From assembly GCA_041639675.1 (NCBI GenBank), contig JBEQBS010000001.1, positions 1 through 61,654 of the forward strand: DNA of 61,654 nucleotides, in the 5' to 3' direction. The first letter of the stretch is position 1. Each line of letters begins with the position of its first letter. The translations under genes were made by a program, and so were the position numbers. This document shows positions 50,601 through 59,803 of the stretch, one piece after another. The stretch is from Rubritepida sp. Lineage in GTDB: Bacteria > Pseudomonadota > Alphaproteobacteria > Acetobacterales > Acetobacteraceae. The notes below the pieces were generated by a model. The model was not told where the DNA came from. It ran no database searches and worked only from the letters and a program-made list of their open reading frames with translations.

Positions 50601-51108
50601 CCGCACCCCGCGTCATCACGACCTCGGCCCGGACGTTCCCATGTACAAGGCCATTCGCATGGATCAGGCCTATTGCCTGAGCGACACGACGCAGGTTCCG
50701 CCAAAGGAGCGTGCGCGGCCGCGAGCCCGCGAGGTTCCTGGTCCAGTGGCCTCGGCTTGCCCGCGGCAGGAACTTGGAGAGCTGCTGCCCAGCGTCTTCG
50801 AGGACAACGCCAAACTCCTCGTCGTCCTCCACGAACTCCAGTACGTCTACGATGACCTCCGGCGCCCCGGAACTCGCCATGAGCCGTTGCACCTGGCGCT
50901 GCTCATGCAGCCAGAGAGCCCGCAGGTCGTCGTCGAGGGGAGTTCCGGTCTTTCTCCACACGCGGAGGGCTCGCTCCGCCCCCGTTGCCTTCTCGCGCAC
51001 GGGATATACCTCGGACCTCAGTGCAGGCCGGTCCGCCGCGACCACGGCGTCCCCAATTACCTCAAAACGCTCCTCGAGGCGTGGGCGCCGATGCCTCACA
51101 GACGCCAC
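47614..51108 (-). CDS. mkoA: Kinase-like domain + SF1 (Upf1/DNA2-type) helicase (Mokosh type I MkoA-like)
   Basis: Kinase-like IHANGLVHGNV, LGGFEW, RPE, ADW; helicase GPPGVGKT, VEEAAK, IGDHRQLPP, QRRMHP, SPYRAQ, DSFQGSE, NV.LSRAR; start uncertain (51108-51168). Confidence 0.82.
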   Translation of the reverse strand: MASVRHRRPRLEERFEVIGDAVVAADRPALRSEVYPVREKATGAERALRVWRKTGTPLDDDLRALWLHEQRQVQRLMASSGAPEVIVDVLEFVEDDEEFGVVLEDAGQQLSKFLPRASRGHWTRNLAGSRPRTLLWRNLRRVAQAIGLIHANGLVHGNVRAEVVMTRGAEEPDFQLGGFEWSLWFAAPTGTPSQPALGPSAPRPEAYSFAADWRAFGAFAAAILDAAPTGGAGGAGAPELSPAEALLLRRLGSPTQSDRADAGSVLNSIDAIVAELGRTGLARTGVLALLITEASGLGRSVARATNGDIAEDEVREQHSWAAADLASGATLFVPTRAGSQPERLFLVTELMTYSLRPFREQGGEASWDIAFCESATLRDDDNPRGGWGTAHEIAQEVRIVATHSQAREFRARLGPAALDWGAFAGAEEAEPEARVRGDVRRALNLIQVVEAFVRSFEALPVAVAGLSTERGRRVVELGAVAGERDEIARKVGLGTAAATLRRLFEEDDREGEGAWFLGPSPSLGDRRNDAALTFIGLGRVDGIPVYRFELDGEVPVGGKLFLRPGDDQGTERVIRRRLRNIAALADQPGLADMLADPYLVRRSSRETVTEDNEFRELDAPKQRALQGLTSTLPLFLVVGPPGVGKTRLAREVVRRRFAAEPGARLLLTAQGHDALDNLQEEVAKALPAGALLVRTQSENRSPTAADLAAKAADMLAALSRSAMVERAPPSFRDRLNALSATGPGGQTSAQRKAVWAATDLLLDAANVVVSTTNSSVVERLVQERSRFDMVAVEEAAKVSGPELTGVLALAGRRLLIGDHRQLPPFDSQRLERILADHRLLAQVLSLAEEQVGALFAGGELAELRRAAEDSDTLQRLAAGALRLIQPFRAYAEDDERRGRVNPTGRRIAATLTEQRRMHPAVAEIVSNAFYGGELRTVLEREREAYACSPTVEFDAPLTASPVIVVDFEHVSQTGRAEHFEERPAWCNPREVEAVMDVLRLARPRTGTTRRPTLAVLSPYRAQVARLDARLRAARTAGLDAFDPARPGLGFVCTTDSFQGSEADLVVISLVRNNPRTGRSGLGFLSDPRRMNVLLSRARSRLVLVGSLAFLREAVRGVNPGRDDGHDLGFITKALDTIDDLARRRAPDGTPLAAVLPVGLLGAAS

Positions 51109-51356
51109 GCGCAATGTCCTAATGCATTCAGGTCGTACGTGAAGTCTCTCGTCGTTACAGCGTTGCACCCAGCGCTGCTTGCACTACCGCCGCCGATGCG
51201 TGCCGGCAGCAAAAAATCCGAATCGGCTTCCATGCCCCAAACTTCGCACCTCCCGAAAAGTCATGCCACATAACCGCGCGGTCCGGGGAAAGCCGCACGG
51301 ACCGCGCCGGAGCGTTTCCGCGGACAAGAGACATGCTCCGAAGGAGGTAGTCCGCA

Positions 51357-52400
51357 TCACAGCAAGAACGCGGCGCCACTCTTATGGCACACCGACCTCA
51401 CTTCCTCGAAAAGAGCCGGGACCATCGGGATGCCTGCGCGACGCCGTTCCGCCGTGGTGTCGTGTTCGGGGTCGCCCGGGACGAGGACGGGAGCGGCGGG
51501 GTCGGCCGGCGGGTTGGATCGGAGACGGGCGAGCAAGGCGTTGAGGTCGTCGGCGAAAGCATCCCGGTCCCGGAAGGCCGCAGGATCTAGGACGAGGAAA
51601 AAGTGGCCGGTGCCGAGCGCGGCAAGGCCAGCCCCTGTGAGTGTAGCACAGAGGAGTTCGACCATAAGCGCCAAGCCGTAACCCTTATGCGCCCCCTGCT
51701 CCCGCGTTCCACCGAGGGGAGCGAGACGACGCGCCTCCGCCGCGCGGGCGGAGTCCCGCTCCGGCGCCCCATGCTCGTCGAGCGCCCATCCGGCAGGTAT
51801 CGGCTTACCGGCCCGACGGGCGATCGAAACCTTGCCGTAGGCGACGGTGGTCGTTGCCATGTCCAGCAGCACCGGGCGCATTGGATCCCGCGTTGGCGCC
51901 GCGAAAGCGATGGGGTTCGTGCCGAGCGCCGGTTCCGTGCCGCGAACCGGCACCATGAGATGGGAGGAGTTGGTGAGTGACAGGCAGAGCATCCCTTGCT
52001 CCGCCGCGCGGCGTGCGTACCAGCCTGCAGCCCCGTAGTGGTTGGAGTTGGTAACCCCGACGACGCCCAGGCCATGCTCCCGCGCCTTGCCGATCGCCAT
52101 GTCGGTAGCGAGGAGGCTCGGGACGTGCCCGATCGCCTTGCGGCCGTCGAGCAGACCGGCTGGGCCGTGATCCCGCAGCGTGGTCGGCACCGCGCGGGGG
52201 TCGAGGCGGCCTTCCTCGAAAAGTCTTTGATAGTGCGCCAGCATGCCGACACCGTGGGAGTCCACGCCGGAGAGGTCGGTTTCGACCATGATGGTGGCCG
52301 CCATGTCAGCGTCGCCAGGTGCCATGCCCCAGGCGATGAAAACCGATACGATCTGAGCATGCAGCCGTTCGGCGGAGATGAGGCGTATGTCGGCGGACAT
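51357..52400 (-). CDS. Ldh_2 family NAD(P)-dependent oxidoreductase (malate/L-lactate/ureidoglycolate dehydrogenase type 2)
   Basis: GVDSHG, NSNHYG, GTNPIAF, LDMATT, HKGYGL, VPGDPE. Confidence 0.92.
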   Translation of the reverse strand: MSADIRLISAERLHAQIVSVFIAWGMAPGDADMAATIMVETDLSGVDSHGVGMLAHYQRLFEEGRLDPRAVPTTLRDHGPAGLLDGRKAIGHVPSLLATDMAIGKAREHGLGVVGVTNSNHYGAAGWYARRAAEQGMLCLSLTNSSHLMVPVRGTEPALGTNPIAFAAPTRDPMRPVLLDMATTTVAYGKVSIARRAGKPIPAGWALDEHGAPERDSARAAEARRLAPLGGTREQGAHKGYGLALMVELLCATLTGAGLAALGTGHFFLVLDPAAFRDRDAFADDLNALLARLRSNPPADPAAPVLVPGDPEHDTTAERRRAGIPMVPALFEEVRSVCHKSGAAFLL

Positions 52401-52471
52401 GGCTTGCTCCGAATACGGGGGTGGAGGGGGGCGCCGTTCTCCGCAGTGCCTACGATGCGACGCGGGCGACG

Positions 52472-54136
52472 CTACCGGGCACCGCCGAGGCCGAGAACCT
52501 CGACCGCGTGCTTCGCGAGCTGCTTCTTCTGGATCTTCGAACTGGCGGTCATGCCGATGCTTTCGAAGCCCTCAACCACCTGGACGTACCGGGGAACCTT
52601 GAAACCGGCCATGTGCTCCCTGCTCCACGCGATGAGGGCCTCCGGTTCGCAGGATTGCCCCTCGTTGAGGATCACGAAGGCGCAGGGCACCTCCATCAGC
52701 CGCGGGTCGGGCACCGCCACCACCACGGCCTGCCGGATGGCGGGGTGACGGTGGAGGATGTCCTCCACCTCGGCCGGGGAGACGTTCTCGCCGCCGACGC
52801 GCACGATGTCCTTGGCACGCCCGGCGAATTCCAGCCGCCCCTCCTTGTCCAACCGTCCGAGGTCGCCGGTGGAGAGCCAGCCATCGGCGCTCAGGGCCTC
52901 GGCCGTTTCCTTCGGCTTGTCGAAATAGCCGCGCATCACGCTCCAGCCGCGCACCACGATCTCGCCTGTGCCGCCAGGCGGCAGGTCCTCGCCCGTCTCC
53001 AGATCGCGGATGCGGACCTCGATGCCGGGCTGAGGACGCATGCGGCCGCTGATCCGGACCTCCTCGTCCTCCCACCAGCAGGATTGCGAGATATTGGGCG
53101 ACGCCTCGGACAGGCCGTAACCGACCACGCACTCGCGCGCGCCCATCTCCTCGACGATGCGCCGGACGATGCTCGGGGAGGCCGCGGCCCAGGCGCCCCG
53201 CAACACCAACCTGCGGCGCGAGCGGTCGGGGTGGTTCAGCAGCATCAGCGCCATGGTGTCGTTGCCCGAGAAGTGCGTGCAACGCTCCTCTTCCATCAGG
53301 CGCAGCGCCTCTCCGGGCTCGAAGCGGTCCATCGAGACGAGGGTCGTCACATGCTGGATGCAGGACAACACCGAGAGGGTCGAGCCCGCGACGTGGAAGA
53401 ACGGTCGCGCGCTGTGGAAGCGGTCCGCGATGCGAAGCCCCATGCGCCCGCCGGAGAAGAAGGCGTTGGCGCACATGGAGCGATGCGTGAGCATCACCCC
53501 CTTGGGAAAGGAGGTGGTTCCGGACGTGTACTGGATCAGCAGGACGTCGTCCGGGGCGCAGCGCGGTGGCCCCTCGCTCCCCTTCCCCGCCGCCAGGAAC
53601 GCGTCCCAGGACCGTGCCGCGGCCGGCACGTCGCTGCCCAGCACGACGACCTCGCGCAGGTCTGGCAGCGCCGCGTCCGGCAGGGCGCGGTCCAGGCCGG
53701 GGGCGATCCCGCGCAGCATCGCCATGAAGTCGATCCGGAGGAAGCGATCCGCCATGAACAGGCGGCGCACGCGGGACTGGCGGAGGGAATAGGACAGCTC
53801 TTCGGCCTGGAACCGCGTGTTGACCGGGACAGTCACCGCGCCGACCGAGCCGAGTGCCAGGAAGATCGAAACCCATCGCGGCCCATTGCCCATCAGCAGG
53901 CCGACATGCTCGCCCCGCTCCACCCCGGCGGCGAGGAGCGCGGCGCGGATCGCCGCAACCTCACGCTCAAGCTCAGCGAACGTGATGCGGCCGGAGGGCG
54001 CAACCACCGCCTCGACCTCAGGAGCGATCGCCACGGCGCGCCGCAGGGCCTCAGCCGTGGTCAGGGGGCAGAGCCCCTCCAGCGCCAGGCCGCTCACGAC
54101 CCCGACGCTCCGAAGGTGCCCATCGTCTTGCGCCAC
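52472..54136 (-). CDS. Acyl-CoA synthetase (AMP-forming)
   Basis: YTSGTTSFPKG, YGLSE, TGDLG, GRAKD, GGENV.P.EVE, KIQK. Confidence 0.94.
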   Translation of the reverse strand: MAQDDGHLRSVGVVSGLALEGLCPLTTAEALRRAVAIAPEVEAVVAPSGRITFAELEREVAAIRAALLAAGVERGEHVGLLMGNGPRWVSIFLALGSVGAVTVPVNTRFQAEELSYSLRQSRVRRLFMADRFLRIDFMAMLRGIAPGLDRALPDAALPDLREVVVLGSDVPAAARSWDAFLAAGKGSEGPPRCAPDDVLLIQYTSGTTSFPKGVMLTHRSMCANAFFSGGRMGLRIADRFHSARPFFHVAGSTLSVLSCIQHVTTLVSMDRFEPGEALRLMEEERCTHFSGNDTMALMLLNHPDRSRRRLVLRGAWAAASPSIVRRIVEEMGARECVVGYGLSEASPNISQSCWWEDEEVRISGRMRPQPGIEVRIRDLETGEDLPPGGTGEIVVRGWSVMRGYFDKPKETAEALSADGWLSTGDLGRLDKEGRLEFAGRAKDIVRVGGENVSPAEVEDILHRHPAIRQAVVVAVPDPRLMEVPCAFVILNEGQSCEPEALIAWSREHMAGFKVPRYVQVVEGFESIGMTASSKIQKKQLAKHAVEVLGLGGAR

Positions 54137-54843
54137 TCGCCGCCGGCGAGGCTCTCCTCGATCGCCATCAACTCGGTCGCGAGCGCGCCGCGCGGGTCTC
54201 GCTCCAACCCCTCGTCCACACAGCGCTTGGCTAGGCGCATGGCGGCGGGGGGCGCACCGGTGATCGTCGCCGCGATCCCGGCCAGGGTCGCCTCAAGCGC
54301 CTCCGCATCCACCACCCGCGCCACCAGCCCGCCCTCCCGCGCCTCCTCGGCGGAGAGGGTGCGGCCGGTAAACATCATATCCTTCGCCAGCCGCTTGCCG
54401 AGGACGCGGGACAGGCGCTGGGTCGCGCCCACCGTCCCCCACAGCGCCTCGGGCGTGCGGAAGCTCGCACCCGGGGTGGCGACGACGAAGTCGCAGGCTG
54501 CGGCGATCTCGACACCCGAACCGACGGCCGGGCCCTCCACCACCGCCAGGCTTGGCATCGGCAGCCGCTCGAGCGCGTCGTAGGCCGCGAAGCCCTTCAG
54601 GCGGCGGGCGCGAACCTGGTCCTCGCTCATGCCCTTGCGCTCCTTCAGGTCGGCGCCGGCGCAGAACACCGGCCCGTTGGCGCGGATCACCACCAGCTTC
54701 GCCTCCAGGGACACGGCGCGGCGCGCGGCGGCGAGCAGCGCCTCGGCGAGGCCGGTATTCAGGGCATTGCGCGCCGCCGGGCGATTGAGGATCACAGTGG
54801 CGAGCCCATCCTCCCTCAGCTCGAACAGGACGTCGTCACTCAT
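54094..54843 (-). CDS. Enoyl-CoA hydratase/isomerase
   Basis: LNRPAARNAL, FCAGADLKE, GSGVEIA.ACD, TPE; both usual Glu positions present. Confidence 0.92.
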   Translation of the reverse strand: MSDDVLFELREDGLATVILNRPAARNALNTGLAEALLAAARRAVSLEAKLVVIRANGPVFCAGADLKERKGMSEDQVRARRLKGFAAYDALERLPMPSLAVVEGPAVGSGVEIAAACDFVVATPGASFRTPEALWGTVGATQRLSRVLGKRLAKDMMFTGRTLSAEEAREGGLVARVVDAEALEATLAGIAATITGAPPAAMRLAKRCVDEGLERDPRGALATELMAIEESLAGGEWRKTMGTFGASGS

Positions 54844-54854
54844 CGTCGTCTCGC

Positions 54855-56063
54855 TCACAGGGCACCACCTTCCCGCAGGGCGGCGATGCGCGCCGCGTCC
54901 ATTCCGAGGCGCTCGCGCAGCACCTCCTCCGTGTGCTCGCCCAGCAGCGGTGGGCGGCCGAAGCGCGGATCCTCCCATCCATCGAAGCGCAACGGCACGC
55001 GCAGGCCGGGGAACTCGCCGAGGGTCGGGTGCTCGAAGCGCTGGACCAGGCCGCGCGCGCGAACGTGCTCGTCCACCATGACCTCGTCGAGAGAGAAGAG
55101 CGGACCGGCCGGAACCCCGGCACCGTCCAGCGCCGCGAAGGCCTCGGCCCGGGTGAGCACCGCCATGGCCGCGGTGATGCCCCGCATCACCGCGTCCCGC
55201 TTCGCCACGCGACCGGCATTCGTCCCGAGCTCCGGGTCTGCCAGCAGGTCGTCCAGCCCAAGGGAGCGGCAGAGCGGCTCCCAGTGCTGATCCGAAACGG
55301 TGATGTGGAGCCACTTGCCATCGCGGCAGGAGAAGCTGGCCGACGGCACCCGCCCCGGATGCTCCGTGCCGAGCCGGGGCGGCACCTCGCCGAGCGCGAA
55401 CAGGCGGGCCGCGGCGATGGTCAGCTGCGCCACCTGCGCGTCGAACATCGAGACGTCGATATGGCCGCCCCTGCCGGTCTTTTCGCGGCCCTGCAGGGCG
55501 GAGAGGATGGCGATCGCCACCCAGAGTCCCGACGACAGGTCGGCCACCGGCAGGCCAGGCTTCACCGGCCCGCCCCCGCGCTCACCGGTCAGGCTCATCA
55601 GGCCGCTCATCGCCTGGAAGACGGTGTCGTAGCCCTTGCGCTTGGCGTAGGGTCCGGACTGGCCGAAGCCTGTGCAGGAGACATACACGAGCCGCGGGTT
55701 GAGGGGCGACAGGTCCGCGAAGCCGAGGCCGCGGCGCTGAAGCGTGCCGACCGGGAAGTTCTCCACCAGCACGTCCGCCTTGGCGGCCAGATCGCGGATG
55801 ACCGCGCGCCCCGCCTCGCTCCGCAGGTTCACCGTGATGGAGCGCTTGGAGCGGTTGCAGGCCATGTAGTAGCCGCTCACCTCCGCCCCGTCCGGCTCTC
55901 CATCCCGCTTCGCAAAGGGTTCGAAGCCCCGCGTCTCGTCGCCGCTGCCGGGCTGCTCCACCTTGATGACCTCGGCGCCCATCTCCGCCAGGATCATCGT
56001 GGCGAAGGGGCAGGCCAGCACCCGCGAGAGGTCGAGGATGACGAGGCCTTCAAGCGGTCTCAT
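54855..56063 (-). CDS. CoA-transferase family III (CaiB/BaiF)
   Basis: PLEGL.ILDLSRVLA.P, GAEVIKVE, NRSKRS, DVLVENF, GFGQ.GPY..R.GYD, PP.LGEHT. Confidence 0.94.
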   Translation of the reverse strand: MRPLEGLVILDLSRVLACPFATMILAEMGAEVIKVEQPGSGDETRGFEPFAKRDGEPDGAEVSGYYMACNRSKRSITVNLRSEAGRAVIRDLAAKADVLVENFPVGTLQRRGLGFADLSPLNPRLVYVSCTGFGQSGPYAKRKGYDTVFQAMSGLMSLTGERGGGPVKPGLPVADLSSGLWVAIAILSALQGREKTGRGGHIDVSMFDAQVAQLTIAAARLFALGEVPPRLGTEHPGRVPSASFSCRDGKWLHITVSDQHWEPLCRSLGLDDLLADPELGTNAGRVAKRDAVMRGITAAMAVLTRAEAFAALDGAGVPAGPLFSLDEVMVDEHVRARGLVQRFEHPTLGEFPGLRVPLRFDGWEDPRFGRPPLLGEHTEEVLRERLGMDAARIAALREGGAL

Positions 56064-56734
56064 GCGGGCCGGGTCCTTGCATCGGAGATGAGCTCCTTCA
56101 AGCGCAGCAGCGCGGAAGGCGGCAAGGCCGCAGCCGCCTCCGCCCGCGCCGCCGCCTCGTCGAGGACACGCTCCGCCGGTACGACCCGTTCCGCCAGGCC
56201 GAGCGACAGGGCCTCGGCGGGGGTGATGTCGCGACCAGTCGCCAGGAGGTCGAAGACGCGGCGCGGCGGCAGGTGGCGCAGCAGCACGGGCACCATCAGT
56301 TCCGGCAGCATGCCATGTCGCGCCTCCGGAAAGCCGAGGACGGCCGTGTCCGCGAGAATCGTCACGTCGCAGGAGAGCGCAAGTGCCGCGCCGGCACCGA
56401 GAGCCGCGCCTTGCACCGCCGCCGCCACCGGCTTGCCAAGGCGGGAGGGCGCCGCCATCAGGGTGGGAGTCAGGGCGCGCCGTGCGGCCATGGCCGCCGG
56501 GTCCTCCCGCAGCGCCCTCATCTCCCCGAGGTCGGCTCCGGCACAGAATCCTGGTCCGTTCGCCGCCAGCACGATGGCGGCGACGCCATCCTCCGCCGAC
56601 GCACGCTCCAGCGCCGCCAGGAGAGCCTCGATCATGGCTCGGTTGAGCGCGTTGCGCTTCTCCGGCCGGTTCAAGCGGATGACGCGGACGCTGCCGCGAT
56701 CCTCCTCGATCACCAGGGTGTCGGTGCGACTCAT
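56060..56734 (-). CDS. Enoyl-CoA hydratase/isomerase (short)
   Basis: LNRPEKRNAL, FCAGADL, GAG..L.LSCD, FPE. Confidence 0.88.
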   Translation of the reverse strand: MSRTDTLVIEEDRGSVRVIRLNRPEKRNALNRAMIEALLAALERASAEDGVAAIVLAANGPGFCAGADLGEMRALREDPAAMAARRALTPTLMAAPSRLGKPVAAAVQGAALGAGAALALSCDVTILADTAVLGFPEARHGMLPELMVPVLLRHLPPRRVFDLLATGRDITPAEALSLGLAERVVPAERVLDEAAARAEAAAALPPSALLRLKELISDARTRPA

Positions 56735-57687
56735 CCGGCTCCGCCCGCCAGACGCAGCCGCGCGGCCTCGGCTTCGGCGACCAGCTGCTCCACGAGCGCG
56801 CCGGCCGGCAGGATGTCATTGATCAGCCCAACCGTCTGCCCTGCCTCCACCTTGCCGCGCTCGACGTCGCCATCCAGCGCCGCCTGCTTCAGCGTCCGGC
56901 TCATGTACAGCTCGGCGAGCACTTCCTTCGCATGCCCCGCGCGCTCCGCCGCATCCACTTCGGCGGTGAAGAGGTTGCGGAGCTGGCGCACCGGCAATCC
57001 CCCCCTGCCGACGAGTGTGGTGTCCGACAACGCGGCGCGCCGCACCGCTTCCTTGTATGCGGGATGCACGCTCGCCTCGTCCGTCATCAGGAAGCGCGTG
57101 CCGAGCTGCGCACCCTCCGCACCAAGGGCGAACATGGCCGCGACCCCCGCTCCGTCCGCCACGCCGCCGGCGCCGATGACCGGCGCCCTCACCCCGGCCT
57201 TCACCACCGCGCGCACCAGCACCATCGCTGAGACCTCGTCCGGTGCCGGATGGCCGCCTGCGTCGCCGCCGACCACGATCAATCCGTCCACCCCGGAGGC
57301 ATCGGCCTTCTGCGCGTGGGCGGGCGAGGCCACCACGTGCAACCATTTCGCCCCATAGGCGCGGAAACGCGGCAACGCCTTCGGCCCGCCCTGCGACGCG
57401 ATGATGACCGGCACCTGCTCCGCCTCCGCGATGTCGAGGAACTCGGCGGAGCGCTTGTTGTATAGCGGCACGTTGAGGGCGAAGGGATTCGGGGTCCCCG
57501 CCTTCACGGCGCGGATCGCGTCGAGCAGGTCATTCGTGCGCATAGGACCGGCGGCGATCACCCCCAGGGCGCCTGCACGCGACACGGCCAGCGCCAACGG
57601 CGCGGACGAGGACGCCCAACTCATGCCGCCCTGGATGATGGGATGGCGAATGCCGAGCAACGCGGGCAGCCGGGAGGGAAAACCCAT
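56731..57687 (-). CDS. Nitronate monooxygenase / FabK-like FMN enzyme
   Basis: PIIQGGM, AGALG, AGGH, AGGVADG, GTRF, AGQ. Confidence 0.9.
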   Translation of the reverse strand: MGFPSRLPALLGIRHPIIQGGMSWASSSAPLALAVSRAGALGVIAAGPMRTNDLLDAIRAVKAGTPNPFALNVPLYNKRSAEFLDIAEAEQVPVIIASQGGPKALPRFRAYGAKWLHVVASPAHAQKADASGVDGLIVVGGDAGGHPAPDEVSAMVLVRAVVKAGVRAPVIGAGGVADGAGVAAMFALGAEGAQLGTRFLMTDEASVHPAYKEAVRRAALSDTTLVGRGGLPVRQLRNLFTAEVDAAERAGHAKEVLAELYMSRTLKQAALDGDVERGKVEAGQTVGLINDILPAGALVEQLVAEAEAARLRLAGGAG

Positions 57688-57742
57688 GGTCGCACTCACG
57701 CCGTCTCGTCCTTCAGTCGTCATGACGACAAAACCGCATATC

Positions 57743-57757
57743 GTTGACATTGTCAAC
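57743..57757. promoter_or_regulatory. Operator palindrome, copy 6
   Basis: GTTGACATTGTCAAC upstream of the NMO-led acyl-CoA operon. Confidence 0.75.
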
Positions 57758-57885
57758 GACCATCGCATGCGCCAATGGCGGGCAGCATCGCGCGGTCCAA
57801 ACCGGACGGCGGCGCCTGGCCGCGGAAAGTCGGGGGCAGCGGTCGCAGCTGGTCCTGAGTGCTCGGTCCGGCGTCATGGCGGACC

Positions 57886-58701
57886 CTATGCCCCCTCCGC
57901 CACCCAGGCAGCCGGGCGCTTCGCCTTGAAGGCCGCGATGCCCTCCGCAGCCTCCGCTCCCGTCGAGCAGCGACTGAAGGCACGCGCACCGGCCTCGGCG
58001 TATCCCGGCGGAGCCACATCGCCCATCGCGGCGAGAAGGGCCTTCGTCTCGGACAGCGCGCCGGGCGCGCCGGCGCGGATGTCGCAAAGGATCGCCTCAA
58101 GCATCGCATCCAGCGCGGAGGCGTCGCGGGCCACCTCATGCACCAGCCCAGCCCGCGCGGCAGCCGCGGCGTCCACCGCCGCCCCTTGCAGGACCAGGCG
58201 CGCCGCGGCGCTGCGGCCCATCCGGCGCACCAGCCACGGCAGGATCTGCGCCGCCACGAGGCCGCGCCGCGCTTCGGGCGCCGCGAAGCGGGCGTCTTCC
58301 GCGGCAATGGCGATGTCCGCGGCGCAGACGAGGCCGAGTCCGCCCGCGAAGGCGGAGCCCTCGACCCGTGCGATCACCACCTGCGGCAATGCGGCGATGG
58401 CGGCAAAACGCTCGCCGGTGCGGCGATTTCGCTCCAGCGCGGCGGCGAGTCGCGCCTCCGGCGTCGAACCGGCACCGCCGGCCTCGTCCAGGTCCAGCCC
58501 TGCGCAGAAATGTCCGCCCGCCCCGGTTATCACCAGGACGCGGGCCGTGCGGTCGTCCCGCAACTCGGCGAGCAAGGCGTCGAAACGTTCCGCCAGTTCG
58601 CGGCTCATAGCATTGCGGCGTGACGGGCGGTTGAGCGTCGCGCGCACGACGCCGCCTTCGCGCACGACGAGAAGCGGCGGCTCGCCAACGAGCTCAGGCA
58701 T
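57886..58701 (-). CDS. Enoyl-CoA hydratase, methylglutaconyl-CoA hydratase-like
   Basis: LNRPSRRNAM, FCAGLDL, GGLGLVCAAD, PEARRGL, EAAEGIAAF..KR.A.W. Confidence 0.88.
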   Translation of the reverse strand: MPELVGEPPLLVVREGGVVRATLNRPSRRNAMSRELAERFDALLAELRDDRTARVLVITGAGGHFCAGLDLDEAGGAGSTPEARLAAALERNRRTGERFAAIAALPQVVIARVEGSAFAGGLGLVCAADIAIAAEDARFAAPEARRGLVAAQILPWLVRRMGRSAAARLVLQGAAVDAAAAARAGLVHEVARDASALDAMLEAILCDIRAGAPGALSETKALLAAMGDVAPPGYAEAGARAFSRCSTGAEAAEGIAAFKAKRPAAWVAEGA

Positions 58702-59623
58702 GCGTGACCTCCCCGACACGGATGGCGCGCGAGTAGAGGGCGCGTCCGAGCAGCGCCTCGGCCTCCCGCCCGGCGGCGCGCAAGCGACCGAGGTCCAGCC
58801 CTGTGTCCACGCCCATCGCTTCGAACAACGTGGCCAGATCCTCGGTGCATACGTTGCCGGTGAAGCCCTCGCCGTAGGCGATGCCGGAGGGGTGCCCCCC
58901 TGTGCCGCCGAGGGCGGTGTCGAAGTGCCGCAGCCCCGCTTCAAGCGCCGCGACGCAGTTGGCGATGCCCGTTCCGCGGCTGTCGTGGAAGTGGGCGATG
59001 AAGGTCGCGTCGGGCAACGCCTCCTTCAGCATCGTCACCAGGGACCGCACGCGCGGCGGAGTCGCGCTGCCGATGGTGTCCCCGATGGAGATGCGGGTGA
59101 CGCCGACGGACACGAAGCGGCGCGCATCATCCAGAACCCGTTCCGGCGGTGTCGGGCCGTCGAACGGGCAGTCGAAGGCGACGGAGATGGAGCCGACGAG
59201 GGTGAAATCCCGTCCGGCCAGCCCCGCCATCTCCGCCACGTTCGCCCACTGCTCCTCGCGTGTGCGCCGGAGGTTCTTCCGCGTGTGCCCCTCCGAGGCG
59301 GAGACAAGGAAACTGATCTCCTCCGGCCCGCGGCCTCCTGCCCGCGCCGCCTGCGCGCGACCCACGGCGGCCGGGTTGGGGCAGGTGGCCTTGAACAGCA
59401 CGCCTGGGCGCGGACGCGTGCCGGCGAGCACCGCTTCAGCATCGGCGAACTGCGGGATGTACTTCGGGTGGGCGAAGGACGTGATCTCGATGCGTCGGAA
59501 GCCGCAATCGGCGATCCGATCGAGCATCGCCACCTTCGTTCCTGCCGGAAGGACCACAGGCTCGTGCTGCAAACCGTCGCGGCAGAAGCACTCGGAAAAG
59601 ATCACGTCGGGCACATCGGTCAC
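58694..59623 (-). CDS. HMG-CoA lyase / citramalyl-CoA lyase-like DRE-TIM enzyme
   Basis: RDGLQHE, IEITSF.HPK.IPQ.AD, SASE.H..KN, DTIG, HFHD, GNVCTEDL. Confidence 0.9.
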   Translation of the reverse strand: MTDVPDVIFSECFCRDGLQHEPVVLPAGTKVAMLDRIADCGFRRIEITSFAHPKYIPQFADAEAVLAGTRPRPGVLFKATCPNPAAVGRAQAARAGGRGPEEISFLVSASEGHTRKNLRRTREEQWANVAEMAGLAGRDFTLVGSISVAFDCPFDGPTPPERVLDDARRFVSVGVTRISIGDTIGSATPPRVRSLVTMLKEALPDATFIAHFHDSRGTGIANCVAALEAGLRHFDTALGGTGGHPSGIAYGEGFTGNVCTEDLATLFEAMGVDTGLDLGRLRAAGREAEALLGRALYSRAIRVGEVTHA

Positions 59624-59803
59624 GGCACGAGAATCTCCAGGATGGCGATCGCGGAACACGGGGCTGGCTGGCAGGTCTGCGCGCTATCGTATGCGCGGAA
59701 GGCGCCTGGTCCTGCGCGCCGCCCAGTCGGCGGCCCCCTGCCCGAAGTCGGATTCATGGGATCCGCCTCCTCCCCCACTGCTCTGGCGCGATCGCCGATA
59801 TTA

